Counted from the stretch's first letter, positions 1 through 46,041 are shown. The stretch: 64,000 bases of DNA from the human T2T-CHM13v2.0 reference genome, Homo sapiens (GCF_009914755.1 NC_060947.1); one strand, 5' to 3'. Numbers and translations: made by a program. The notes: generated from the letters alone by a model not told the origin.

Positions 1-623
<623 letters not shown>

Positions 624-934
624 TGAGATATTTATGTAAAAGAAAAACAAGTACAAAGTATGCTCAATAGTGAGACAATCTGATATCATGTGCCTCTTGA
701 GGTGACACAATACAAAATAAAGGATATCCCCTATGTACTGTTCTTGCTAAAAATATTTATTCTGAATCTATTCATGTGAAAAGAACAAATGAATCCAGAA
801 TATGGGACATATTACAAGACAATTGGCCTGGACTCTTCAAAAACATAAATGTCATTTGAAACAAAAAATATAGGGGTATTATTCTAGATTAAAAGAGGTT
901 AAAGGGATATAACAACCAAATGTAATACACAAAC

Positions 935-1252
<318 letters not shown>

Positions 1253-1470
1253 TCAAAAAACGAAAGCTGCATTTTTGGGGATAATTGGGCGGAAATGTGA
1301 ATATGGGCTATACGTGATGGCATTATTGAATTATAGTTAAATCTTCTTAGGTTTGATAATGGTATTGTGGTTATGTAGGATGATATTTGGTGAAGTATAA
1401 GGGTATATGGGCTTTCATTATACCATTCTTTCGACTGTTCTGAATTTGGAAACAATATAAAATAAAAATT

Positions 1471-2214
<744 letters not shown>

Positions 2215-2304
2215 TCACTAAAGTAATAAATATTCATCAAATACATGGAAAACACAGAAAAGTACAAGGAAGAAAATTAAATTCACTGATAATGTCACTT
2301 TGAT

Positions 2305-2435
2305 TTGTTAGAAATGCAAATCCTGGGCCCTAAACCAGACTTACTGAATCAAAACTCTGGGCATGAGGCCCAGTAATTGGTGTTCTAACAAGCCCTCCCA
2401 GTGATTCTGATGCTGGGGAAAGTTAGAGAACCACT
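2305..2435. mobile_element. MER5A-like hAT DNA transposon fossil
   Basis: TTAGAAATGCAAAT...CTGAATCA..ACTCTGGG...GAGAACCACT motifs. Confidence 0.7.
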
Positions 2436-2690
2436 AATCTAGATTTAACTATTATTAACATTTTGTTTCAGATCCTTGTAGTCTTTTAAAAAATATGAAA
2501 TATTTCGGACATACAAATAAGTATAGAGAAGATAACAAAAACCCACGTACCTACCACCTAGCTTAGAAAGTAAAATATTAGACAAACAGTTGAAGTTCCC
2601 TGTGTATCTCTCTCTCATTCTGTTCTTTTGTTTTCTTCCCCAGAGGTAATCAGTATTCTGGATTTGGTATTTCTCCTTAAAAATTATTGT

Positions 2691-2983
2691 TGGCTGGGGG
2701 CGGTGGCTCACACCTGGAATCCCAGCACCTTGGGAGGCCAAGATGTGGTTGGATCACTTGAGCTCAGGAACTCAAGATTAGCCTGGGCAACATGGTGAAA
2801 CCCTGTCTCTACAAAAAATACAAAAATTAGCCAGGTGTGGTGGTACATGCCTGTAGTCCAGGTACTTGGGAGGCTGAGGTGGGAGGATGGCTTGAGTCAG
2901 GGAGGTGGAGGCTGCAGGGAGAGGAAATCAAGCCACTGCACTGCAGCCTGGACGACAGAGCAACATCTTGTCTGAAAAAAAAA
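2691..2983 (+). mobile_element. AluJ-like
   Basis: Alu motifs; AAAAATTATTGTT flanks both sides. Confidence 0.9.
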
Positions 2984-2989
2984 TTATTG

Positions 2990-3720
2990 TTTATATATCT
3001 ATATAATCTATAAGCAACATTGTTTGCTGTTTTCTAGATTTTAAAACTTTATATAAATGGTTTCATACTTTATGTGTCCTCTGCAATTTGTATTTTATCT
3101 CAGTATTGTGTTTTTGAAATTTAGCTGGGTCAATGCATGCAACATGATTCATTCTTTTTCATTATAGTATTCTGCATAGTATTCTGTCATATGGCTATAC
3201 CATAATTTACTTATTCATTCTCCTGTTGGTGGAATTTTGGGCTGTTCACATTTTTTTCTCTATTACAAACAGTTCTGCAATGAACATTCTTCCACATGCT
3301 CATTGAGCAAGTGTATAAGAATTTCTCTAGGAGTTAAAGTTTAGAGGTGATCTCTATCTATCTATCTACCTATTAATCAATCATCTCCAATACTAGAACT
3401 GCTGGGTCCCAGGGTCATCTTCAGCTATTCTGGATACTTCCTAATTGTTTTCCAAAGTCGTAATAACTAGTTTCCACAAGATTTCATTGTATTTTTTCCC
3501 TTATATCTTGTGCATTTGGGATTTTGTTTAAAAAGTCCTTCCCCAGTCACAAGTCACAAAGATATTCTCCTGCATATATTAACTTCATAGTTTTACCTTT
3601 CACATTCACAGTCTACCCTCTTAGGTGGAATAAATAGAGATCCAGTTTTATATTTCTTTTCATGGAGAGCCAAATTTCCCAATGCCATCTACTAAACAGC
3701 CCATTTCCCATTTTTTGTGG
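2990..3720 (-). mobile_element. Old L1M 3' fragment
   Basis: Degenerate antisense L1 3' motifs, AT-rich. Confidence 0.6.
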
Positions 3721-3739
3721 TGCAGGCCTGTAAACTCAC

Positions 3740-4070
3740 CCATTTAACAAACAGTTGTTGAAGCCTGCCTCATACCAGTCTTGTGCTGGGTGTTGTTGAA
3801 AGCTTGAAGATACATGGCCCCTGCTCTCAGGGAGTTCACCCTCCTGTGGAGACACAGTCACATAAACAACTACAGTATTGTGATAAGTGCTAGCTTAGCT
3901 GTATAGGTAAGGTGCTCTGGGTTTCTAACTCATCTGCGAAAGTCAGAGAAGGTTTCATCGAAGTGACAAGAGTTAGGTCTTAGAGAAACAGAGCAAAATT
4001 GCAAATGCAGGGGGAAAGGTGAAAGTGGTCAGGGCTGGTTTCAGGTCCAGAGGAATTTCATGTGTCTCTA
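3740..4070. mobile_element. L2-like fragment
   Basis: CATTTAACAAACA...GTGCTGGG...GGCCCCTGCTCTCAGGGAG motifs. Confidence 0.5.
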
Positions 4071-5006
4071 GGATGAGAGGTTAGAAGCCCTCCAACGATG
4101 TAGAGAGGTAGTGAGTCCTGTTTATGTAAGGGATAAAGGGACAGATGGAGTCATTTTCAGCCCGTCTGTGCTTGAAGTGGAGAAACAAACCCACCCTCGG
4201 AGGCACAGAGTTCCACCTACTCTGTGCCCCACCCCAGGGTTTAGGCTTGAGGAAGAGGAGGGGCTGGAATTAAACCATCAAGAAGAAAACATTTGCAGAC
4301 TAATATTTACTATTTTGTGGGGGAGACCTCACTTCCCAGCCAGCTCCTTGAGATGGCTTCAGAAACCCCTACTTGCCCCACTCCAGAGATATAAATTCAT
4401 TCCCTTCTGCAGACGCTGCTCCGGGATTGAGGGAAGGATGGAGTAGGAGGGGAAGAAGGCAAAAGGGTGGGAGAGGCTTCTAGTGTGGGAGAGGCTTCTA
4501 GTCGTTCTGGCTCCTGCTCCAGCTCGGGTTGGGTATGGCCATAGATCTGAACGTATGCAGAAAAAGCTAGGAGTGCTCAGGGATGGTCTGGGGCTCAAGG
4601 ACCCGGGAAGGTGGTTGGGAATAGCTAACCAATTCACTTCAGGTGGGGAAATACTCGGCCAGACACGTGACCCAGGCGGCCATTTTCTCACACCCTGCTG
4701 TCGCCATCTTCCAGGCAGACAAAGACACCATCCCCCACCCTTGTCTGATTCGGGCGTGGTGACTGCCTGGTTATTGAGATTTGGGAGCACGCATATTTAA
4801 CCCCAGACAGATGCCCGCAGACAAAATTTTGGCTTGCAAGTAAGGTATATGGCCGCACCAGTCGACCCGCCGCTTCTTCCCGGTCATTTCCCCGTCCTCC
4901 TTCTCCCTCCTCCGCTATTTCCTTAACTACGGGGCAGGCAGGAGGCGGGGCCAGCGTGGTCGCGAAGAAGGGACGGGCGGGCGTGAGCTGTCAGTCAGAA
5001 GCTCCG

Positions 5007-5027
5007 CCCCCCCCCCCCCCCCCCCCC
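5007..5027. repeat. C21 homopolymer (G21 on the minus strand)
   Basis: Direct count of 21 C. Confidence 0.95.
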
Positions 5028-5074
5028 GCGGAGACCGCACGGTGGGCGGAGTCGGGCGCCGCCGGCCTGGGATC

Positions 5075-5162
5075 CGGAAGTCGGAGCCTAGCTGCGCGAG
5101 AGTTTCTGCTCGCTCAACCGAGTTGTCGTGTTGCCCTCGCTTCTCAGATCCCCGCCGGAAGT
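5075..5162 (+). other. GNL3L: GNL3L exon 1 (non-coding 5' UTR; start approximate)
   Basis: Strong donor GT|GTAAGT at 5163 inside the CpG island. The TSS is inferred near the first ETS motif. Confidence 0.75.
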
Positions 5163-7426
5163 GTAAGTAAGAAACTTCTCTCCTCTTTTCTCACAATGTG
5201 CGCTCACCTAGACGGCCGGGCAGTTAGGATCGTCTATTGGATGTGAAACCAGAGATGCCCGCCAACCTGGAATAGAGAGGTAAACAGCAGGATCCCTTCC
5301 AGGGTAGAAGGGACCGGAAGAGGGGCAGGGATCGCGGCACACGTGGAGACGCGCCGAATTGCCTTTTCGCGGAGTGGAGTTTGCCGGGAGAGGGGCATTG
5401 CCCCATCCCACCTAGAAAGGTGTAGACCCGGGACACACTGTGTAGAGAGGCACAAACTTCACTTGTGTGGTGAAGCGTTGATCGTCCTCAAGATAGTGAG
5501 GCTTCATTCTGCATTCACCTTGTATAGACAGGAGTCGACCCACCAAAGGCATGGGGGACATCCACCCCAACCGTGTAGAGACATCTCCCTCCACCCAGCT
5601 GAGCAGCGCAGACTTCTCCCGACTTAAGGCACTTCCTTGGCTTGGCTCTAGACAGCCGTCTCGAGGCACCTCCTCAGGACAGACAGAGGCTTTGATGTAT
5701 CTGCCCCCATACCAGCATAGAGGAGCTTAGAAACATTTAATATACAGAGGGAGGGCACCTCCTCCCCATACGCGTAGACTCAGAGCCCTCAGTATCGCTC
5801 CCCAACTCACCCGTCCCCAAAGTGGTTGCAGTTACAGGCCTCAGCTTATGGACAACTAAGCCAATTGCCCCCTCCTCTTAGGTTAGAGTGAGTCCCCATT
5901 GTGGAGAATCAGACCTGATCCCTACTTCCGTAGCCCCCGTTTTACCGAATGTGTAATTTTTCGAAGCACCCAACATGCTTCGAAGCAAACAGGAACAGAC
6001 CTTAATCCATGAAGAGACAGTCAGGTCTGCCCCTTGAGGGGCCGTGGGGGTAGAGGGGCTCAGATGTGTTCCTCTCCCTTTGAGGTAGACACAGATCATC
6101 CCCCTACCTCCCCCTACCTCCCCCAAAGATTTAGAATCACTAAATGTAGCAAGGGAGATACCCCACAGGAGCAGATATGCAGGTCTCCCTCCCTGTAATG
6201 TTGAGAGGGAGTGACATCGCTGATTACCTGGCAGTTCAGTGCGTATGGTCTCTCCCCTTTACCCAAGGTAGTGGAGCTCAGATCTGTTTCTCTCCACCCA
6301 GGGTAGAATCACAGACGCCCCCACCCCCAAGTATTAGGGCTGATCTATTAATTTATAGCTGCATTGCCAGCCCCCTCCACACACCACCCATGCAGAGAAC
6401 CAGAGCCCCTATTTCTTTCAGTGTTAGTGTGCCGCTGACTTCAACCAGCATAAAAGATGAAAGTTGTCACAGTCCACCTTCCATAGAAGGGTCCAGAATA
6501 GCTCACTGCAGGTAAGGTGCAGACCCGCTTATTCAAAGCTGCATAGTTGTGGAATCAGGCATATCGATCCTGTACCACAGCCCTCTCCAGGGTGAAGAGA
6601 CGCAGGACCCATCCCCACAATCTAGAGATAAACAGATCTGTGATTCTTTCCCCATGCAGCAGAGATGCACACAGCCACTTTGTGGGTTTCCCCAGTTTCT
6701 CTGCACCCCAGAGTAGAGGGACAGATGGCAATCCCCCCAACCCAAATCACCAAGGTATAGACCCCAGGCATATGCAGGCACAGATTTTTACCCCCTCCTC
6801 CAAGATTTTGTACTTATCTCAATCCATATAGACACTCAGGTAAGAATCCCTGTTCTCAGGCCCCTTTTCCCCAGGGTAGACTCCTGAGATCTATTTACGC
6901 CCTTCCCCACCACCTCTCCCAGGGTAGATGAGATATAGAATCCCCTACTTGGGAAAAGAGGCACTATTATCACCCCATATAGAAATAGACCATCCTTGCA
7001 TGTCCCTTTCCCCTCAGTGTGGAGGTGTTGAGCACTAGTCCCCTACCTAGAATATAACACTACAGTGTGGAGGAATAAGGACCAAAGACCCCATCTGACC
7101 CCATTTGACCCCACTGGGCTCAAAGCCCAGTGGCTTTGAGCCACTGACTCCACCCCGGATGAGGTTGAGACCTATTCCTCCCTTTGGGTAGTATGACACT
7201 GCCTTCTCTGTGTGGACTCAGCCATATGAGGCTTTAGCTCCAGCTTCTCCCAGTTTTCCTAATTATTACGCCTTCCTCATAATGTTCTTTAACATTTTAC
7301 CTTTAGGGGACTTAGGAGGGGGCTTGTGGCATTGTGATTCCCAGCTGTCTTCAAATTGCTTCTTCTCCCATTCTGACAGGAAGAGAGCAAGCAGATTTGA
7401 ACCTATCTGCTTTCAAGCTGGTCATC

Positions 7427-35462
<28,036 letters not shown>

Positions 35463-35618
35463 TCGACTGATCTCACTTCCCTTCCGCTCCAAGCACCAGT
35501 TCCGGTGGTACGGGGGAATACCAGTGAAATAGTTTGGTTCTCCCTGAAGCATCTGCATATTGAAAGAACGCTTTCCCCACTGTGTGTCTTCTCCCCCTCC
35601 TCCAGTAAAAACAGTCCC

Positions 35619-35987
<369 letters not shown>

Positions 35988-36018
35988 CTATTTAACCCCT
36001 ACTCTGTTTTACAAGAGA

Positions 36019-36024
36019 AATAAA
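36019..36024 (+). terminator. Candidate proximal polyadenylation signal AATAAA
   Basis: Canonical hexamer ~560 nt after the stop codon; a further ATTAAA lies at 36674-36679. Confidence 0.5.
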
Positions 36025-36779
36025 AGAAGTATCAGCAGAGCTCAGGTGCTAACACCTGTTGAGGGCTGACCTACAAAACTCTGCCTACAAAACTCTCTTA
36101 GACAGGTGAATATGCCACTAGAAGTTAGGTTGCTGGTAGACCTGGGGGTCCCTGCGGGAGGGTGATGGTTTCTTTACCACCCCACAGGAGATTTCAGTGG
36201 CAAGGCATGCCTGCAGTGGGCTTTGGGCCATGCATCTTCCAAGTCCATAGGTCTTCACCTGGGTGGCAGTGAGAAAAAGTAGAAAGTAATGAGCCTCCTG
36301 TGTCTCTGGAAGGTTCTAGGGATAGGGTAGAGGGAAGAAGAGAACAAACAAGCCTGGCTTGTGCTGAAGTGTGGTAGGCACTACCCTGTTTGCGTGAAGA
36401 GAAAACAAAGCACCTGTTAGTAGGGAGGCTTTAGGGGGAAGCCCCGTCTTGGGGGCATTTCTGGGCAGATTGTGAATTGGAGGAATCTCTTTAACTGAAG
36501 TACTCTGGCTGGACCCTGCCCTTGTGTGACCATGTCTCCTATTGCACCAGCATTTGAATTCCATGGCTCAAGAGGGTTCTGGTACCATTTATTCACAGAC
36601 TGTATCCTCGAGAGAGCTGCTATATATGGGAGTGTACCAGCCAACTCCTTTTCCAGTGTCTGTAAGTCACCTCATTAAAGTATAATTAGCTGTCTCCTCT
36701 GGGAGATCCTACCCCATCAGACAAGGGCAGTGAGCCCAAGCAGTGCCAGAGGCCCTCAGAAAGGGATTAGGGTAGATGA

Positions 36780-37286
<507 letters not shown>

Positions 37287-37504
37287 TGACAAGGACTGGA
37301 GTGCCATTGGCTGTGGACTGTTCAGGCAGGGAAGTACAAGACCACTCTTGTATTCAGGGGCAACCAAAGGAGAGAATTACGTACTTGTTGAGTACAAACT
37401 GCACCAAGCCCTGGAGACCCATTACCACCGTTAACCCTCAATACAGCTCTGCTAGTAAGGGATTCGTCTCCCCAAATGAAAAAAAAAAGTAATCTCAGAA
37501 TGTT

Positions 37505-37668
37505 GGCCGAGCATGGTGGCTCACACCTGTAATCCCAGTTATGCAGGAGGCTGAGGCAGGAGAATCACTTGATCTCAGGAGGCGGAGGTTGCAGTGAGTC
37601 GACATCACACCACTGCACTCCAGCCTGGGGGACAGAGTGAGACTTCGTCTCGGAAAAAAAAAAAAAAA
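37505..37668 (+). mobile_element. Monomeric/internally deleted Alu
   Basis: Alu 5' start joined to right-arm end and tail. Confidence 0.85.
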
Positions 37669-38075
37669 GTTGACAGGATGGCCAGACCCAAGTGGGCGTA
37701 TTAAGTGGTGGTGCTAGGATTGGAACCCAAGCGTGATTAAAACCCTATGCAGGCCCTTTCCTCTATATTGTACTGCCTCCTTAACAAAGGAAGATTGATT
37801 AAGCCCCTACTTTGTGCCAGTCTCTGTTATCAAGTCCGTTAAATGCATTTAACGTTAAATTTTTTCTTTTTTGGTTTAAAAAACTCTAGTTTCTTAAACT
37901 ACTAGTTTTTAGTGTCTTGCTAAAACTATGTGCTCTTGAATAGGCTACAACTTATTTCACACTATCTCATTGAACTCTCCTGGTATGTGATAGTGTTATA
38001 ATGAAAAATTGCATACCAGGACAGCTAAGTCTATTTTGCAACCATACAGCGTTTCATAATTTAGCATTTAAAATA

Positions 38076-38240
38076 CAGACAGTCCCCGACTTTTGGTGGT
38101 TTGATGTGGGATTTTTGGTGGAAAAGCAGTATACATTCAGAATGCACCTCTACTTATGATGGGGCTACTTCCTGGTAAACCCATTGTAATGTGCAAATTA
38201 CGGGTTTATCAGGAGGTGACCCCATCGGTAATGGAGAAGT
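38076..38240. mobile_element. Tigger5/MER47-like DNA transposon fragment
   Basis: ACTTATGATGGGG...TAAACCCAT and CCCCATCG..AA inverted-terminal motifs. Confidence 0.5.
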
Positions 38241-38360
38241 GCTGGGAGGTAAATATTAGAAATGGAAGTATCTAAATGAGTAAGAAACAGCATGGGAGCA
38301 TAATTTGGCCAAAATCAAACAGAACTAAAGTAGTCATGTCGGTAAGAATTTGGGACTGCA

Positions 38361-38672
38361 GGCCAGTTACGATAGCTCTCACCTGTAATCCCAGCATTTT
38401 GGGAGGCCGAGGCAGGCGGATCACTTGAGGTCAGGAGTTCAAGACCAGCCTAAACAATATGGCGAAACCTCATCTCTACCAAAAAAATACAAAGATTAGC
38501 TGGGCATGGTGTCTCATGCCTGTAGTCCCAGCTACCTATGGGGCTGAGGCAGGAGGATCTCTTGAGCCCAGGAGGTCGATGCTGCATTGAGCCGAGATTG
38601 TGCCACTGCACTCCAGCGTGGGCAACAGAGTGAGACTGTCTCAGGGGGAAAAAAAAAGAGGAAAACAAAAAA
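38361..38672 (+). mobile_element. Alu (AluJ-like)
   Basis: Alu motifs. Confidence 0.9.
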
Positions 38673-39120
38673 GACGTTGGGAGTGCAGTTTCTCTACCTA
38701 CAGCATATCTCAAAGGTTTTTTTTAAAAAAGTATTTTCTTAACTTTTTACCTTCATTTTTCAAAACAATTAGGGTACAATTTACATATAGTAAAGTTCAC
38801 TCTTTATAGTTTTAGTTATGTGAGTTTGTACAAACATATACAGGAGTGAACCACTACCACAATCGAAATATAGTTGCATCACCCCCCTAAAACTCTCCAG
38901 GCCCTTTTGTAGTCAACTCCTACCCCCGACCCTCAGATTCTGCTAACCACTGATTTGTTTTCTGCCCCTATAGTTTTGCTTTAGTATGATTGTCATATCA
39001 ATAGAATCATACAATGAGTAGGCTTATTTTATGCCTTCAGGTTTTAAAAATTATAAACATTTACATTACAGTAAAATTCACTCTGGTATACAGTTCTATA
39101 AAGCTCTGATAAATGTGTAG

Positions 39121-41002
<1,882 letters not shown>

Positions 41003-42118
41003 TAAACGGTGTCTTTTTTTCATTATGGGAAAGCTTTATTGACACATTTGTTTTTATTTTTAAAAATTATGGTAAAATACACAGAACATAAACGTTACCA
41101 TCTGATATGGTTTGGCTGTGTCCACACCTAAATCTCGAATTGTAGTTCCCATAATCCCCACACATATGTACCACATTTTCTTTATCCAGTCTTTCGTTGA
41201 TAGACATTTAGGTCGATTCCATGTCTTTGGTATTGTGAATAGTGCTGCAGTGAACATATGTGTGCATGTGTCTTTATGGCAGAATGATTTATATTATGCA
41301 TAACCAAAACTGTACTTATTAAACAATAACCTCCCAACCCCTTCTGCCCACAACCTCTGGCGACTGCCATGCTACTTTCTGTCTCTGAATTTGAATACCC
41401 TGATAGTCATATAATATTTATCTTTTTGTGACTGGCTTATTTCACTTTGCATAATGTATTCAAGCTTAATCTGTGTTGTAGCCTGCGTCAGAATTTCTTT
41501 TCTTTTTAATGCTGAGTATTATTCTATTGTGTGTATATACCACATTTTATTTATCCATTCATCCACTGATGGACATGTGCATTGTTCCCACCTTTTGGCT
41601 ATTGTGAAAAATGCTGTTATGAATATGGGTATGGAGATCTCTCCCCTTATTTTGAGACAGGATCTCACTGTCACCCAGGCTGGGGTGCAGTGGTGTGCTC
41701 ATAGGTCACTGTAGCTTCGACCTCCTGGGCTCAAGCGAACCTCCCACCTCCGCCTCTTGAGTAGCTGGGACCACAGGCATGTGCCACCATGGCTGTTAAA
41801 TTTATTAATTTGTTTTTCTATGGATCATGCTTTTTGTGTTACATCAGAGGAGTCTTTGCTTAACATGAGATGACAAAGGTTTTCTCCCATGTTTCCTCCT
41901 AAAAGTTTTATAGTTTTAGGTTTTACATTTAGGTCTATGATCCATTTTGAGTCAATTTTTGTATATGGTACAAGGTATGAATCTATGCTTTTTAAAAAAA
42001 TATGGTTACCCAATTTTTCTAGCAGTATGTGCTAAAACTTTGCTAAAGTCACTTAGTTCTAGTAGCTTTTTTTGCAGATTTAACCAGACTTTCTACATAG
42101 ACAATCATATCTTCTGTG

Positions 42119-42124
42119 AATAAA
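42119..42124 (+). terminator. Candidate distal polyadenylation signal AATAAA (long 3' UTR)
   Basis: Canonical hexamer followed by U/GU-rich sequence (42128-42180); sits within old antisense L1. Confidence 0.4.
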
Positions 42125-42148
42125 CATGGTTTTATTTCTTCATGTCTA

Positions 42149-42649
<501 letters not shown>

Positions 42650-42763
42650 TTAGGAATGGATGTTAGATTTTCTTAAATGTTTTTATGCATCTATTGAAAT
42701 GATTACATGGTTTTTCTTTTGTGGTTTGTTTTTAATGTAGTTTTAATAAATTATATTGATTGA

Positions 42764-43125
<362 letters not shown>

Positions 43126-43154
43126 CTATTCTTTTAATAAATTGTTGGGAAGTT

Positions 43155-43980
<826 letters not shown>

Positions 43981-46041
43981 GATGTAATTTGATAAATTTT
44001 TGCTTGGAATTTTTGCATCTACATAAGGATATTGGTCTGAAGTTTTCTTTTGTTTAATGTCTTTATCTTTGGTATCGGGGTAATGCTGACCTCATAGAAT
44101 GGGTTGGGAAGTGTTTCCTGTTTTTGGAAGAGTCTGTGTACAATTGGTATCATTTCTTAAATTTTAGAGTTTACCAGTAAGTTTTATTTGTGGGAAGGTT
44201 TAAGACTACAATTTCAATTTTTAAAATATATATAGGGCTATTCAGGTTATATTTCTTCTTGTGTGAGGATTGGTAATTAGTATTTTAAAGAAAGTTCTTC
44301 ATTTCATGTAGTTTATCAAATTAATTTTTGTAAAGTTGTTAATATCCTCTTATCATTTTGTATAAATTGTTAAAACGATTCTAAAATTGATAAGAAAATG
44401 CAAAGTAGTTAGAATGTAGTCAAAGCAACTCTGAAAAAGGAACAAAGTTGGAAGACTAACACAATGTGATACCACATTTGTCATTCCTGATATTAATAGT
44501 TTGTGCCTTTTTCCCCTTGATCATCTGGCTAAAGATTTATCAATTGTATTGATCATCTCAAAGAATCACATTTTGGTTTAATTGATTTTCTCTGTTTTCT
44601 GTTTTCTAATTCATTGGTTTCTGCTTTATCTTTATTGTTTCGTTTTGCTTATTATCCAAAAAGTTTATGATTTTTGTATTACTTAGAACTGTGTTATTTA
44701 ACTTCCACATATTTGGACATTTTCCAGAGATCTTTCTGCTATTGACTTCTAATTTAATTACATTATGGTAAAGGAATGTACTTTATATGACTTGAATATG
44801 TTAAAACATATCAAAACTTGTTTCATGGCCCAGAATATGGTCTGTATTGGTAATATGTTTCATGTGCACTTGAGAAGAATAAATTTTGCTGTTGTTGAGT
44901 AGTCTTCTATAAATGTCAACCAAGTTAAGTTGGTTGATAGTGTTTTTCATGTCTACTATATCCAGGCTGACTTTATGCCTACTTGTTCTATCAGTTATTA
45001 AGAGAGGACTATCGAAGTCCCCAATGATAATTGTGGATTTGTCTGTTATTTTTTGTAGTTGTATCAGTTTTTATTTAATTGATTTTGAACCTTTCATGCT
45101 AGGTGCATAGACCTTTAGGATTGTCATGTCCTCTTAGTTAACTGACCCCACTATCATTCTGAAATGAACTTCCTTGTATTCTTTGTTCTGAAATGCATTT
45201 TGTCTAGTATAAATATAGCTGCTGCAGCTTTTTTGGGCTAGTTTAACTATGGTATATCTTTTTCATCCTTTTACTTTTTATGTATTTGTGTGTTTATGTT
45301 TAAAGTGCATTTATCATAGGCAGCATATAGTTGGTTCTTGCTTTTTTATCCAATTTGACAGTCTCTGCCTTTTAATTGATGTTTGGATCCATTTACATTT
45401 AATGTTATTATCAGTATGGCTAGGTTTGAGTCTATCATCTTGCTATTTGTTTTGTATTTGTTCCATGTATGCTTTGTTCCCTTTTCTCCCTTTTTCTGCC
45501 TTCTTTTGGATTACTGTTTTTTTTAATGATTCCATTGTTTTTTCTTCCTTGATTTATTAGCTGTACCTCATTGTTTTATTATCTTAGTAGTTGCTTTAGA
45601 GTTTATAGTATAAATGTTTAACTTCCTCCTCCTGGCTTTCATGCTAGTGTCATAAATTTTACTTGTAGATTTTATAAACCTTAAAATACATTGTTGTTAT
45701 TTTTGTTTATACTTTAAGTCCTCTTTTAAAGAGATTTAAATAATAGAAAATAATTATATACTCACATAGTTACCATTTCTGGTATTCTTCATTGCTCTGT
45801 GTGGCTCCAGACTTCTATAAGGTAGCATTTTCTTTCTGCCTGAAGAACTTTCTTTAACATTTTTTGCATTGTGAGTCTATTGGGCAATGAATTAATTCAG
45901 CTTTTGTATGTCTGAATGTATTTTTTTTGCCGTCATCTTTGAAAGGTATTTTTGCTACATATAGAATTTAAGTTGATAGGTTTTGTCTTTCAGTACCTCA
46001 AAAGCATTGTTTCATGCTCTTCTCAATTATGTTGTTTCTAA

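Larger units (their letters stand above)
4850..5400 (+). promoter_or_regulatory. GNL3L: CpG-island, TATA-less promoter with GC boxes and ETS/GABPA-type CCGGAAGT motifs (5074-5081, 5155-5162)
   Basis: CpG-rich and GC-rich; GGGCGG boxes near 4974, 5002-5010 (minus strand) and 5044; two perfect CCGGAAGT motifs; lies directly upstream of the first donor site. Confidence 0.85.

Noticed and set aside
4111-6831. ORFs overlapping the promoter and intron 1
   Set aside because: No recognisable domain, many use non-ATG starts, and they are expected in GC-rich DNA.
36070-36096. CCTACAAAACTCT tandem duplication in the 3' UTR
   Set aside because: Ordinary short slippage duplication with no further structure.
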